A stretch of 42,723 bases of DNA from Neovahlkampfia damariscottae (GCA_016618085.1 JABLTG010000166.1:1-42723); one strand, 5' to 3'; positions 1 to 12,516 are shown, counted from the first letter of the stretch. Translations and numbers: made by a program. The notes: a model not told the origin generated them from the sequence alone.

Positions 1-2
1 TT

Positions 3-1811
3 ACACCTGCTACTATCAAAATTGAAAGAATGAAATTCTCAAATAATCTTTTACTCAACTTGGCATTCATGAAAACAAGTCAAAAAGTTTGGATCAAAAT
101 TGTTAGACTCTTCTTGGAAAAATACTTCAAAAAATTAAGACCTTCAAAAATTGGAAGAAAAGGAAAAGGTGGAAAAAGATCAAGTAAAAGAAGATCAAGA
201 AGAAGAAGATCAAAAAGAAAACCAAGAAAAAGAAGACAAAACAGAAGAAAAAGAAAACCAAGAAAAAGAAGAAATAACAGAAGAAGAAGAAGATCAAACA
301 AAAAAAGAAGAAACAACAGAAGAAGAAGAAGAAGAAGATCAAATAGAAAAAGAAGAAATAATAAAAGAAAAAGAAGAAGATCAAACAAGAAAAGAAGAAA
401 TAACAAAAGAAAAAGTAACAGAAAAAGAAACAGAAAACAAAATGAGAGAAAAGAAGAAGGAAGATGTGAAGCAAAAGCTGATAAAACTCTTGCAACTTGT
501 GAACGTTTAGCTGGATTCGTAGGACGTGGAAGTAGAGCTTGTCATGCAAATAACTTCAGACAATTAGTCAGATGTAAAACTGCATCTCTTCAAAAGAAAT
601 GTGAAGCATTCTTTACTGGAATTAAAGGAAATCAAGCAGAAGGAGAAAGATTTTGTCAAAAATTCTCAACTGAATGTGAAGATGATCCAAATGCTCCAGC
701 ATGTTATTGTGATAGAAACTGTCAAAGAATTGTCAAAACTCTTGGAGGTGCTCTTGCTGCTCGTGGAAGAAGAAAAGGTTCAAAAAGCAGAAAAAGATCA
801 TCAAGAAGAAGAAATGGAAGAAAAAATAGAAGATCAAGAAGAAACAACAGAAGAAGATCATCCAGAAGAAACAGAAGAAGATCCAACAAAAGAAGCAGAA
901 GAAATAGAAGAAATGGAAGATCCAACAGAAGAAACAGAAGAAACAGAAGAAATAGAAGAAATAGAAGAAACAGAAGAAACAGACAAAACAGAAAAGAAGA
1001 AGGAAGATGTGAAGCAAAAGCAGATAGCACCCTTGCTAGTTGTGAACGCGTAGCTCGATTTGCAAGACGTGGAAGTAGACTTTGCCATGCAAATAACTTC
1101 AGACAATTAGTCAGATGTAATACTGCATCTCTTCAAAAGAAATGTGAAGCATTCTTTACTGGAATTAAAGGAAACAAAGCTCAAGGAGAAAGATTTTGTC
1201 AAAAATTCTCAACTGAATGTGAAGATGATCCAAATGCTCCAGCATGTTATTGTGATAGAAACTGTCAAAGAATTGTCAAAACTCTTGGAGGTGCTCTTGC
1301 TGCTCGTGGAAGAAGAAAAGGTTCAAAAAGCAGAAAAAGATCATCAAGAAGAAGAAATGGAAGATCAAGAAGAAACAACAGAAGAAGGTCATCAAGAAGA
1401 AGATCATCCAGAAGATCAAGAAGAAACAAAAGAAGATCATCAAGAAGATCAAGAAATAACAAAAGAAGATCATCAAGAAGAAACAGACAAAGATCTATTT
1501 TTGCTCGTTTTAGAAAACTTTTCAAAAAAAGAAACAACAGAACAAGATCATCCAGAAGATCTATTTTTTCACGTTTAAGAAGAAACATCAAAAGAAGATC
1601 ATCTGGAAGAAGAAACACAAGAAGATCAAGAAGATTATCAACAAAACGTTTTAGAAACATCTTTAAACGTTTAAACAAAAGAAATCTCAGACAAAGAGTT
1701 GTGAGAATTGCACACAACCATAGAAGACAACTCAAAAGATCAAAAAGAAGTGTTGCTCACAGAGTAAGAAGCATTTTCTCAGCAATCAGAAACCGTAGAA
1801 GAAACTTCTAA
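3..1811 (+). CDS. Arg/Lys/Ser/Asn-rich basic protein with two copies of a Cys-rich domain; 5'-truncated by the window edge
   Basis: Frame is open from position 3 (TPATIKIERM...) to TAA at 1809-1811. Protamine-like R-rich tracts alternate with a duplicated domain EEGRCEAKAD...CHANNFRQLVRC...CEDDPNAPACYCDRNC. Confidence 0.75.
   Translation, partial: TPATIKIERMKFSNNLLLNLAFMKTSQKVWIKIVRLFLEKYFKKLRPSKIGRKGKGGKRSSKRRSRRRRSKRKPRKRRQNRRKRKPRKRRNNRRRRRSNKKRRNNRRRRRRRSNRKRRNNKRKRRRSNKKRRNNKRKSNRKRNRKQNERKEEGRCEAKADKTLATCERLAGFVGRGSRACHANNFRQLVRCKTASLQKKCEAFFTGIKGNQAEGERFCQKFSTECEDDPNAPACYCDRNCQRIVKTLGGALAARGRRKGSKSRKRSSRRRNGRKNRRSRRNNRRRSSRRNRRRSNKRSRRNRRNGRSNRRNRRNRRNRRNRRNRRNRQNRKEEGRCEAKADSTLASCERVARFARRGSRLCHANNFRQLVRCNTASLQKKCEAFFTGIKGNKAQGERFCQKFSTECEDDPNAPACYCDRNCQRIVKTLGGALAARGRRKGSKSRKRSSRRRNGRSRRNNRRRSSRRRSSRRSRRNKRRSSRRSRNNKRRSSRRNRQRSIFARFRKLFKKRNNRTRSSRRSIFSRLRRNIKRRSSGRRNTRRSRRLSTKRFRNIFKRLNKRNLRQRVVRIAHNHRRQLKRSKRSVAHRVRSIFSAIRNRRRNF
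450..1364 (+). repeat. Internal direct duplication, about 370 bp, offset 543 bp (approx. 450-821 and 993-1364)
   Basis: Near-identical DNA, e.g. gtgaagcattctttactggaattaaagg at 601 and 1144. The offset is a multiple of 3. Confidence 0.9.
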
Positions 1812-2112
1812 TAAAGTCTTTTTTTTTTGTGAAATGGAACATTATTGTTTTTTCCAACTTGAAGATATTGATGAAGAATTAAAATTTGATTGGAGAGTAA
1901 AAAGAAGTCAAAAAAAATTAAATTTGAAAAATTCAATTTCAGATTGAATATTTTCGGAGTGGAAAACAATTCTAAAAAAAACTCCGAAAAAATCTTCCAG
2001 TTGACCAATCCAATAAATTCAGTAAAAATGAACCAATAAAAATTGTTCAAAACCAAAGAAAAAACAAAAGGTATGAAAATAAAGTGAAGTTTAACTTTTT
2101 TTTAAATTAGAG

Positions 2113-2763
2113 ATGGGAAGAAGACCAGGTAGATGTTATCGTTATCAAAAAAACAAACCATACATTAAATCAAGATATTGTCGTGGTGTACCAGATGCAA
2201 AAATTAAAATCTTTGATGCTGGTAAAAAAAAAGCTCCAGTTGATGAATTTCCATATTGTGTTCATTTATTATCAGGAGAACTTGAACAACTTTCAAGTGA
2301 AGCTATTGAAGCTGCTCGTATTTGCGCTAACAAATACATGGTTAAATTTACAGGAAAAGAAGGTTTCCACTTACGTGTTAGAGTTCATCCATTCCATGTA
2401 TTGAGAATTAATAAAATGCTTTCATGTGCTGGTGCGGATAGACTTCAAACTGGTATGAGAGGTGCTTTTGGAAAACCAAACGGTCTTACTGCACGTGTAG
2501 ATATTGGACAAATTCTTTTATCTATCAGAACAAAAGAAGCTAATGTTAAATATGCAACTGAAGCTTTAAGAAGATCAGGTTTCAAATTTCCAGGTGCTCA
2601 AAAAGTCGTTCAATCAAAAAAATGGGGTTTCACAAAAATTCCAAGAGAAGACTACATACAACTCAAAAAAGAAGGAAAATTAGAAAGAAAAGGTGCTCAT
2701 GCAGTTGTTATTTCAAACCACGGTCCATTAGAAAGATTAAGAATCATTAAAAACCAATGGTAA
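2113..2763 (+). CDS. RPL10: 60S ribosomal protein L10 (uL16)
   Basis: [28 protein letters not shown]...[25 protein letters not shown]. Probable 5'-UTR intron at 2071-2110 (GTATGA...TTAG). Confidence 0.98.
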   Translation: MGRRPGRCYRYQKNKPYIKSRYCRGVPDAKIKIFDAGKKKAPVDEFPYCVHLLSGELEQLSSEAIEAARICANKYMVKFTGKEGFHLRVRVHPFHVLRINKMLSCAGADRLQTGMRGAFGKPNGLTARVDIGQILLSIRTKEANVKYATEALRRSGFKFPGAQKVVQSKKWGFTKIPREDYIQLKKEGKLERKGAHAVVISNHGPLERLRIIKNQW

Positions 2764-2932
2764 TTTGATATAAAAAAAGAATAAAAAATTTTGAACTTTT
2801 ATGAGAAATCATTGGTTTGTATTTCAAAGATTGGAAAAGTTTTATCACAAAAATAAACAAGTAGTTTGAAATTTAAAAATTTTATATTTTGAGTTGTATT
2901 GAACAAAAATGAGTAAATAAAAAAGTAAAGAA

Positions 2933-4742
2933 TTAGAATCCCATACCTCCCATACCACCCATTCCTCCCATTCCACCACCCATTCCACCTCCCATTCCTG
3001 GGTTTGAATCACCTTCTTTTTTTGGAACTTCAACAATCAAACATTCAGTTGTTGTTAATAAAGCAGAAACACTTGATGCATCAATGAGAGCAGTTTTTAC
3101 AACTTTAGTTGGATCAATAATACCTGATGCAAACATATCAACATATTCTAATTTTTGTGCATTGAAACCGTGGTTAGCTTTTGCAGCAGCTAAAATTTTT
3201 TCAACAACAACATCACCTTCAACACCAGCATTTGTTGAAATCATTTTTAATGGTTTTTTAATAGCTTTTTCAACAATTTGAACACCAATTTTTTGGTCAA
3301 AATTTGATTGTTTTTCAGCAAGGTCTTTTAATAATTTTGAAGCGTAAATCAAAGCAGTACCACCTCCAGCAACGATACCTTCTTCAACAGCACATCTTGT
3401 TGCATTTAATGCATCTGTAACTCTATCTTTTTTTTCACCAACTTCAACTTCTGAAGCACCTCCTAATTTAAGAATAGCGACACCACCTGAAAGTTTTGCA
3501 AGTCTTTCTTTCATTTTTTCTTGATCAAATTCTGAAATTCCTTCTTGGTTAAGACCTTCACGTAATTGTGCACATCTTTCTTCAATATTCTCTTTTGCTC
3601 CACCTCCATTTAAGATGATTGAATCGTCTTTTGTAACTGTAACTTTATCTGCAGTTCCAAACCATGAAAATTCAGCTTGTTCAACGTCTAATCCTAAATC
3701 TTCACTAATTAAAGTGGATCCAGTTAAAATTGAAATATCTTGAAGATTATTCTTTCTGTGATCACCAAAACCTGGTGCTTTGACAGCACAAACTTTTGCA
3801 CCACCTCTTAATCTGTTAACAACAAGTGTTGCTAAAGCATCACCTTCAACGTCTTCAGCAATAATCAATAAAGGTCTTTGTTTTTCATTTAAAGCTAATT
3901 TGAGAATTGCCATGATTTCATTGATAGTTGAAAGTTTTTTGCTACAAACAACAATGATTGGTTTTTCTAATTCACATTTTCCAGATTTTGAATCAGTAAT
4001 GAAATATGGTGAAATAAAACCTCTATCAAATTTCATACCTTCAACAAGTTCAAGTTGATCAGTGAGTGTGTTTCCTTCACTAACTGTGATAACACCTTCT
4101 TTTCCAACTTGTTCCATAGCTTTTGCGATTAATTTTCCAATTTCTGAATCTCCATTTGCTGAGATTGTAGCTACTTGTTCAATTTCTTCAGTTGATGAAA
4201 TAGTTTTTGTTTGGTCTTTTAAACTTTGAACAACAACAGCAACAGCAGCATCAATACCACGTTTTAAGTCCATTGGGTTCATTCCTGCAGCAACAGCTTT
4301 ACATCCTTCTTTGTAGATTTCTGCTGTTAAAACAGTAGCTGTAGTTGTACCATCACCAGCAACATCATTTGTTTTTGAAGCAACTTGTCTAATCAATTGA
4401 GCTCCAAGATTCTTTTTATTATCAGAAAATTCAATATGTTTTGCAACAGTAACACCATCTTTTGTGATTTTTGGTGGTCCATATGGTTGTTCAATAATAA
4501 CATTTCTACCCTATTATTTTTATCAAAAATTAATTTTTTTTTTTTTTTTTTTTACTCTTGGTCCAAGTGTAACAGCAACAGCTTTAGCTAAAGCTTCAAC
4601 TCCATCTAACATTTTTTGACGAGCTTCAACTCCATAGACGATTTCTTTTCCTGTGACGTAATTTCTAATTGAAATCTATGTTTTTAATGTTAAAATAATT
4701 AAAAATTACTTTTTTATTTGTGTTTAAAACTCTCTTGAACAT
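2933..4742 (-). CDS. HSP60: Mitochondrial chaperonin 60
   Basis: [11 protein letters not shown] motif and GGM-repeat tail. Presequence-like [17 protein letters not shown]. Introns at 4709-4676 and 4555-4511. Confidence 0.97.
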
Positions 4743-4976
4743 TTCAAAATTTTTTGTGAAGAAGGTTGAAACCAATGAAAAATGAAATGGAAATTTATTT
4801 TCCACCAATCGGAATTAAAACGGTTCGAATTAGATTCCGTGTAGCAGAATGAAGAATTTTAATACCCAATTTCAATGAAATCTACTGAAAAATAGGGAAA
4901 ACTATTTTCATTTTGTTGTTTTGTTTTGAAAAAAAATAAAAAATTTCATTGGACAAATTTTTCTTGAGAGAAGACA

Positions 4977-5224
4977 ATGGTTTTACCAAGAAACGGATTT
5001 TTATTGACAATTGCTACTGGTTTTTTTGTTTTTAATAATGAAAAACTGGCATATAAAGCTTCAGTTATGCTTACAAACAAGGTTTGAAAAAGAAAAAAAA
5101 AAAATTAAAAAAAAAAAATTAGAAAAAAAATCAAGAAGAAATCCAAAAGAAATATGACGAAGATGTAATGAAATGGGAAAAAAATCAAGAATTAACAAAA
5201 ATTTTTTCACTCAACAAAAAATAA
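4977..5224 (+). CDS. 68-aa hypothetical microprotein (two exons)
   Basis: Exons 4977-5081 and 5123-5224 join in frame across a 41-nt GT-AG intron: MVLPRNGFLLTIATGFFVFNNEKLAYKASVMLTNK/KKNQEEIQKKYDEDVMKWEKNQELTKIFSLNKK. Confidence 0.55.
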
Positions 5225-5278
5225 AACTTCTTTCCATTTAATTGTCGGTTGTCCAATCATAATTGTTTCAATTTGAAA

Positions 5279-6892
5279 ATGAGTTTAAATCCTAATGCAA
5301 GCACATTTACTTTCAACCCAAACGCATCTACATTTTCTTTTACACCAAAAGTAAATAAAGAAGAAGAAAAAGAAAAAAAAAAAGAAGAAGAAGAAGAAGA
5401 AGATGAAGAAGTTGACACTGGAAAAAAACAACTTAGAGAAGATCCAAGAGATCATTTAAATATTGTTTTTGTTGGTCACGTTGACGGTAAAAAACTAAAA
5501 AAACTAAAAAAAATTTCAAAGCTGGAAAGTCAACTCTTGGAGGTCAAATTTTGTAAATTTTTTTTTTTTTTTTTTTTAACTGAATATCCAGATATCTTTT
5601 AGGTCAAGTTGACAAAAGAACTATTGAAAAATATCAAAGAGAAGCTAAAGATAAAAATAGAGAAAGTTGGTTTCTTGCTTATATTCTCGATTTAGGTGAA
5701 GAAGAAAGAGAAAAGGGTAAAACAGTTGATGTTTCAAGAGCTGGTTTTGAAACAGATTCAAAAAGATATACAGTTTTAGATGCTCCTGGACATAGAAAGT
5801 AACTTTTCTTTTAAAAATTTAAACGTTTCTCTTTAGATACGTTCCAAATATGATTTCTGGAGCTTCACAAGCTGATGTTGCTGTTTTAGTTGTTTCTGCT
5901 CGTAAAGGTGAATTTGAATCTGGTTTTGAAAAAGATGGTCAAACTGTTGAACATGCTCAACTTGCAAAAACTTTAGGAATTAAAAAAGTTGTTGTAGCAA
6001 TCAACAAAATGGATGACAAAAGTGTTGAATGGAGTAAAGAAAGATATGATGATATCGTAACAAAATTAACAAAATTTTTCACATCTATTGGATACAACCC
6101 AAAAAAAAGTAAAAAAAAAAAAAAATTTCACACCCTTCATAAGATGTTCTCTTTTTACCACTTTCTGGAATGACAGGTACAAATGTTGTCAAAAGAATGG
6201 ATGATAAAATCTTTCCTTCATATAAAGGTGGATCACTCATTGAAACACTTGACAGTTTAGATATTAAACATCCACATATTAATGGACCTCTTAGAGTTCC
6301 AATCATTGATAAATACAAAGATGGAAGTAATTTTGTTATTCTTGGAAAAATTGAATCGGGCACTTTAAAAAGAAAAGATCAAGTCACTATAATGCCAGGA
6401 AAATTGACAGGAAGAATTAAAAAAATTCATTTACATCATATGGAAGTAGATATTGCAAAACCTGGTGAAAATGTTAAATTAGTTGTTCAAGGATTAGAAT
6501 CTGCAAAAGAATCTGATATTCAAATTGGTAATGTAATTTGTGATGTTGATCATCCATTGGCTCCAATTCAAGAATTTATTGGTCAATTTATGGTTTTAGA
6601 AAACAAACCAATTTTTACAATTGGATATTCAGCTAATGTTCATTCTCATTGTGTTGGTGTTGGTTGCACTTTAACTGGATTAGTTTCAAAAATTGATCCA
6701 AAAACAGGAAAACCAGAACCAAAGAAACCAACACATTGTGCAGCAAAGGGCATCTACGTTGGTGTATTTAGAACTGATTATCCAATTTGTGTTGAAAAAT
6801 ATGAGGTTATTCGTCAACTTGGAAGATTTACTATTCGTGAAGAAAAAACTGTTGCGATTGGTACGATCTTAAAAGTTAAACCATTAAAATAA
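5279..6892 (+). CDS. SUP35: Eukaryotic peptide chain release factor 3 (eRF3/Sup35/GSPT)
   Basis: Tandem PAM2-like LNPNASTF/FNPNASTF, NIVFVGHVDAGKST, REAKDKNRESWFLAY, DAPGHR, INKMD. About four short introns. Confidence 0.92.
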
Positions 6893-6952
6893 AGTTGATC
6901 TCTAAAGTAGTTTATTTGAATTTACTTTTTTTGTAAACAACCCTCCGCAGTT

Positions 6953-7558
6953 ATGAAATTCCAAATCATTTTCTCACTACTCGTACTGATTGTAACAATT
7001 CAAATGGTAATTTCAGAAGACACTAAGAAAGTTCAAGTCTCTGGAATCAAAGACAAGATGATTGAAGGAACCAAAGAATACTTCAAAATGATTGAAGAGA
7101 AATTTGATAAATTGAAAGCCAAATTCTATCAGCAGTTCGAAAAAATGAATGAAGAAGATACAGATCTTGCAAATATTTGGCATTTTGACAAGGTTAAACC
7201 TTTATGGCAGCCATCATCAGAATTAATTGAAACTAAAACTAGTTATCTTGTCAAAATGGAACTCCCAGGAATGAAGAAAGAAGATATTAAAGTTGAAATT
7301 CAATCATCCCCTGATGATGAAAAGAAATCACTCAAAATCTCAGGATCAAAGAAAAAAGATAAAGTTGAAAAGGATTTCTATCATCATTTAAAAGAAACTA
7401 ATCATGGATATTTTGAAAGATCTTGGACTTTTGCAAATAAGAAAATCTCAAATGAAGTCAAAGCAAATTATCTTGATGGAGTCTTGACAGTTGAAATGAA
7501 AAAAAATGAAAAACCAAAAAATAAAGAAGTTGAAGAAAAAACAGTTGAAGTGAAATAA
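6953..7558 (+). CDS. Small heat-shock (HSP20/alpha-crystallin) protein with N-terminal signal peptide
   Basis: ELPGMKKEDIKVEI, GYFERSW, ANYLDGVLTV and terminal VEV motif. Hydrophobic leader MKFQIIFSLLVLIVTIQMVIS. Confidence 0.88.
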   Translation: MKFQIIFSLLVLIVTIQMVISEDTKKVQVSGIKDKMIEGTKEYFKMIEEKFDKLKAKFYQQFEKMNEEDTDLANIWHFDKVKPLWQPSSELIETKTSYLVKMELPGMKKEDIKVEIQSSPDDEKKSLKISGSKKKDKVEKDFYHHLKETNHGYFERSWTFANKKISNEVKANYLDGVLTVEMKKNEKPKNKEVEEKTVEVK

Positions 7559-7623
7559 ATTTTTTTTTTGATACTTCAAGTTTTTTCCACCAATCATTTT
7601 TTCCCCGTATTCCGAAATTGAAA

Positions 7624-8776
7624 ATGAGCGAAAACAAAAAAGCAGAAAATATACCAAAAAAAAAACAAACAAGTAAGAGAAAATGAAGTCTTTAAATATT
7701 GAAGTGAAAAATAAAAACAAGAAGAAGGTACAAAATGGAGAGGATCCAAAACCAAATGAACAAATTTTGAACGTAAACTCAAAGAAAGAACCAGAAATTA
7801 AAAAAAATGAAAAAACGAAACCTATTTTAAAACTTGATAATAAATCACCATCTAAGTTAGTTGAACCAACCAACAGTATTCAAAAAATTGATTTTAAATT
7901 TATTTTTTCGTTGTAGAAGTCAAAAATCGTTCTTGGGGTTCAATGGATGAAGATGAAACACCAAAAAATGAAATTTTAGAAGAGTTAGTAAAATTCAAAA
8001 AGAAAAATCAAAAAACAAAAGAAAAAGAAAAAGAAAACATAACAACCTCAGATTCAAAAAAAATTGAAAGTAAAATAACAATTGAAGTAGAATCTGATTC
8101 AATTGAAAATACAAACTCAAAAAATACAAAAAAAAAACAAAATAATGAAAAACAGGAAAATCAAAAAGTAGAAGTATCAAAAAATCAAAACATAAAACAA
8201 ATGAATCAAAAAAAGAAACAAAATAAAAAAAATGATCAAAAAGTACATGAAAGTGTAAAAAAACCAGAGAAAAAAGAAAAACAAAAATCAAATTTGAAAG
8301 ACAATCAACCATCAAAAGTGTCATTAAAAAAAGAAGAAAATGGAAAATTAAAAAAGAAAAATGTTCAAATGGAAGACGATTATCTTGATATTAGTTCTCT
8401 TCCAGATTTTGATGATTCAACAGATTGTGATATTAATTTTGGAACTTTAAATGAAAAAAAATCAAAGAAAAAAAATCAAAAGAAAGAAACAATTCATGAT
8501 GAAAGTGTAAACCCACAAATGATTCCATATTTTGTTCCACAACAATGGATTGGTGTAAATCCATCTCAAAATATGATGACACCTCCAAATGGACAAACAA
8601 TGTATCCATACATTTTCACAGCACCAAATGGTCAAATAATGATTCCAGTAAATCCAAATCAAAACTCAAATCCAATTCAAAACACAAAAACAACAAAAAA
8701 AAATTTAAATCAAGAAAAATTAACAAAAATGGGATACAAAGATGCTTCATCTCAGAAAAAGAATAATAAAAAATAA
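7624..8776 (+). CDS. Hypothetical Lys/Asn/Glu-rich low-complexity protein, probably 3 exons
   Basis: ORFs 7683-7916 and 7943-8776 can be joined by short introns. CCAAT lies just upstream of ATG 7624. No recognisable domain and the start is uncertain. Confidence 0.55.
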
Positions 8777-8819
8777 AAAATTTTGTAAAGAATTTTATTT
8801 GAAGATTTGATGTAGTGGT

Positions 8820-10616
8820 TTACATTCCCATACCACCCATACCTCCCATTCCACCTTGTGGTTGAGCTCCTCCACCTCCTTGTTTTTTCTTTGTTATTCC
8901 AGATACAATATCATCAATACGAAGTAATAAACAAGCTGATTCCATTGCTGTTTTAATAGATTGAATTTTAACTGCATAAGAATCCCATACTCCTAATTCT
9001 TCCATATCTTGAATTTTTCCAGTTTTTCCATTAATACCTAATGTTGAATTTTTTCCACCAACATGTTTTGACTATGAGATTGTTATTTATTTTTTTTTTT
9101 TTACTCTTAATTCTGTTAAAACTTTGACTGATTTAACACCACAGTTGTCAGCAATAGTTCTTGGTATAATTTCTAAAGCAGTTGCACAACTTTGATATGG
9201 TTCTTTTTCAACACCAACTACTGAGTTACTTTTTTCCATTAAAGCTTGTGAAAGTGAGATTTCAAATGCACCACCACCTGGAACAACTCTTGGATCTAAA
9301 ATTAAGTTTCTAACAACACACATTGCATCTACTAAATTTCTTTCAATTTCTGAAATAACATCTTTGCTTGGTCCTCTTAATAAAACAGTACAAGCTTTTG
9401 TGTCTTTACAATCTTCAATAAAAGCATAATATTCATCACCAATTTTACGAACTTCAAATAAACCACATCTTGTTCCTAAATCTGATTCTTTAATATTTGC
9501 TGTTTCATGAACAATATTTGCACCTGTAGCACGAGCAATACGAACATTATCAGTTTTTTTAAGTCTACGAAGAGCAACAATTCCATTTCTTGCAAAATAA
9601 TGAAGTGCTAAATCACAAATTCCTTATATAAAAAGTTAAAAAAGAACAATTTGTTAAAATACCTTTTTCAGTGATTACAAGGTCAGGTTTGAATTTAATG
9701 ATTTCATCACATACTTTTTTAACATATTCATCTTCTTGTCCAAGTAATTTAGCAAAATCTTTTGAGTCTTCAATTTCAACATTAGTCATGCTTTCACCTT
9801 TTGAATATTCAATTGAAACATCAAGTAATAAAATTTTTGGATTTTCAACTTTTCTTTTCATTGAAGAATGAAGAACATCTTTGTTTAAAATAACACCATG
9901 AATAACTTTTGAATCTTCAAAACTACCTCCTGATATCTTTTCAACTCTAACAAATCTTTTAATATCAACATCATTCTCATTTTTGATTAATTTAACTGAT
10001 TCAAGTGCCATTTCACTTAATTTTGAACTTTCTGTTTTTGTGAATTTTGTTTCAATACAACTAGCAATAACTTTTTTTAAAAATGTTTCATCTTCTAAAT
10101 CAACTTTTTTTGAAAAGTTTTCACTTAATTCAATAGCATCTTCTAAACATTTGAAGTATGATTTTACGATTTTTGTTGGATGAAGGTTTTGAAGAATGAA
10201 ACTTTCAGAAACGTTTAAAATTTCTCCTGCTAAAACAATAACGGATGTTGTTCCATCACCAACTTCTTCATCTTGTGTACGTGATAATTGTATCATATTT
10301 TTAGCTGCTGGATGAGAAACGTCGACTTCTCTCAAAATTGTATTTCCGTCAGAAGTTAATTGAATATGACCCATAGAATCAAGAATCATTTTTAACATAC
10401 TTCTAGGTCCTAAAGTTGTACGTATAATATCAGCAACAACCTTTTTGAAAGTTTTAATTTTTTTTTTTTTTTTTTTTTCTACCTTTCCTGCTTTGATGTT
10501 TGAAAGTTGTGCTTGTCTACCTTGTTCTCTTTTTGTATTTGTATCTTTTTTTTTTTAATTTTTTATTTTTGTTTACTTAAAACGACAATTTGTCCTCCTC
10601 CTGATGGTCCAAACAT
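8820..10616 (-). CDS. CCT3: T-complex protein 1 subunit gamma
   Basis: GRQAQLSNIKAGK, RTTLGPRSMLKMILD, EEVGDGTTSVIVLAGE, KPDLVITEKG, ACLLLRIDDIVSG. About four introns. Confidence 0.95.
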
Positions 10617-10797
10617 TTTCTCTCTTTATTTATAACAAACCAATGAGATGGTTTTATTTTTTCTTATTTGAAGTGTCAAGTGTCCAATGAAAAAAATAAA
10701 ATGAATAATTTAAAAAAAAAAATTAAAAACTTATAAAATCAAACGATTTTTATTTCTTTTGTTTCATTGGATAATTTTTTTATAACCAATAAAAAAT

Positions 10798-11735
10798 ATG
10801 TTTCGTTCGTTAAGAAGTTTCAGAAACTTAAATAAAAATCAACGATTTTTTGTCACAGGTATTTTTTTACCCTTTAATTTTTTTAATTTTTTAAAGCAAA
10901 TGTTGAGAAACTTTTGACAGAATTTCCTTCAAAAGTTTCCATTTCAAGAGAAGAATTCAATGAAACTTGTGAAAAACTTCAAATTGACCCTCAAGAAGCA
11001 ATGGATGTATTACCAACTTTTAATGATAAAATTGTTCTTGATTCTGAAAGAGTTGGTCTTGAACTTTCCCAAGTAATGGATATGAAACGTTTAAAAAGAG
11101 AAATCAAAGAAGATGAAGAACAACTTGAAGAATTAAAAGAAAAATTCCATACTATATCATTAGAAAGAGAAAAATGTGAAGAAAAAGTAGATTCAAGACT
11201 TACACGTTGGAAAATTGGAGGTTGTTTATTTGTAAGAAAAAAAAAAACCTAAAAATCATTTTCAAGCTCACAATTCAAGGTGCTACTCTTGCTAAAATGA
11301 CATGGATAGGTAATATCCAACTCCTTTTAAATTATTTTTTTTCAAAGATTATGGTTGGGATATAACAGTAAGAAATCAAGAATTTTAATTTTCAATCAGG
11401 AACCAATTAGGTAAGGAGAGAATAATAATTAAAAATAAGTTACTTTGGTTTGATTTCAATTTTTTTAATTTTCAAGTCATGTTCACTGTTGTTGTTTGGT
11501 CTATGGCTTATTTTAGTGTAAATAATTTGAAAAAAAAAAATAGTTAATTTTTTAAAAATAGGTTTTTAAACATGATTATAATGTAATTGATATTTTAAAA
11601 AGATTTAAAGAAAATAAATTAATAATGGAATACCAAAAAAGAAAATTTGATATTATTGAATTCGAAGAATTACAAAATCAAATTGAAAATTTGGAAAAGA
11701 AAATTACAAAAAATAAGAAATTATTAGGAATTTAA
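10798..11735 (+). CDS. MCU: Mitochondrial calcium uniporter pore subunit
   Basis: Eight exons splice to a presequence, a coiled coil, TM1, TWIDYGWDITEPISYF (variant of WDIMEP), TM2 and a C-terminal coiled coil. Confidence 0.85.
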
Positions 11736-12010
11736 AATTATATTTATTAAAAATATTTGATTTATATTTTAAAATTTTTGTTAAATTTGTTAAATAATTC
11801 ATTTGTAATGCAAAAATGATGATTTTTTCGGTTTATTTATTTTGTAAAATAAATGAATTATAAATTGATTTCATTTTTAAAAAAATAATTTTTTGAAGAT
11901 TTTATGGGTTAAAAAAAATTCTAATGTTTGATTGGTTGTTTGGTTTAAATACTTGTTCAAACGACCAATCAAAATTGTCTCTAAAGAAAAAAAAAGTTTT
12001 GCGTGTTGAG

Positions 12011-12516
12011 ATGGTTTCAAAATCAGTAAACGTTAAAGATGTCGATGGATCAAAATTTGTTGTAGCTTTTGCTGCTCACTTAAAAAAACAAGGACAATTA
12101 CAACTTCCAAAATGGGTCGACCTTGTAAAAACTGGAAACCATAAAGAATTACCACCATCTAACCCAGATTGGTTCTACGTTCGTGTTGGTAATTTAATTT
12201 TATCCATATTTTAAAATTTTTTAGCTGCTGTCGCAAGAAATATTTACTTAAGACCAGGAACTGGTGTTGGTGCTTTGACACACAGATATGGAGGACCAAA
12301 AAGACTTGGTTATAGACCAGTTCATCATGGTACAGGATCACCTGCTGTTGCTAGAAAAGCTCTCCAAGAACTTGAAAGACTTGGACTCGTAGAAAAAACA
12401 AAAACTGGGTAAGTTAAAATTTGAAGTTTTAATTTTTATTTTTTAGTGGAAGACAAGTTACAAAAGTCGGACAAAAAGATTTAGATAGAGTTGCAGGAAC
12501 TTGTATCAAAGCTTAA
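12011..12516 (+). CDS. RPS19: 40S ribosomal protein S19 (eS19)
   Basis: VKDVDGSKFVVAFAAHLKK...KELPPSNPDWFYVR/AVARNIYLRPG...GQKDLDRVA. Two introns. Confidence 0.96.

Noticed and set aside
80..1735. Overlapping acidic (+) and Leu/Phe-rich (-) ORFs within the Arg-rich gene
   Set aside because: Expected shadow frames of AGA/GAA low-complexity sequence. They stop in the Cys domains, whereas the Arg frame is continuous.
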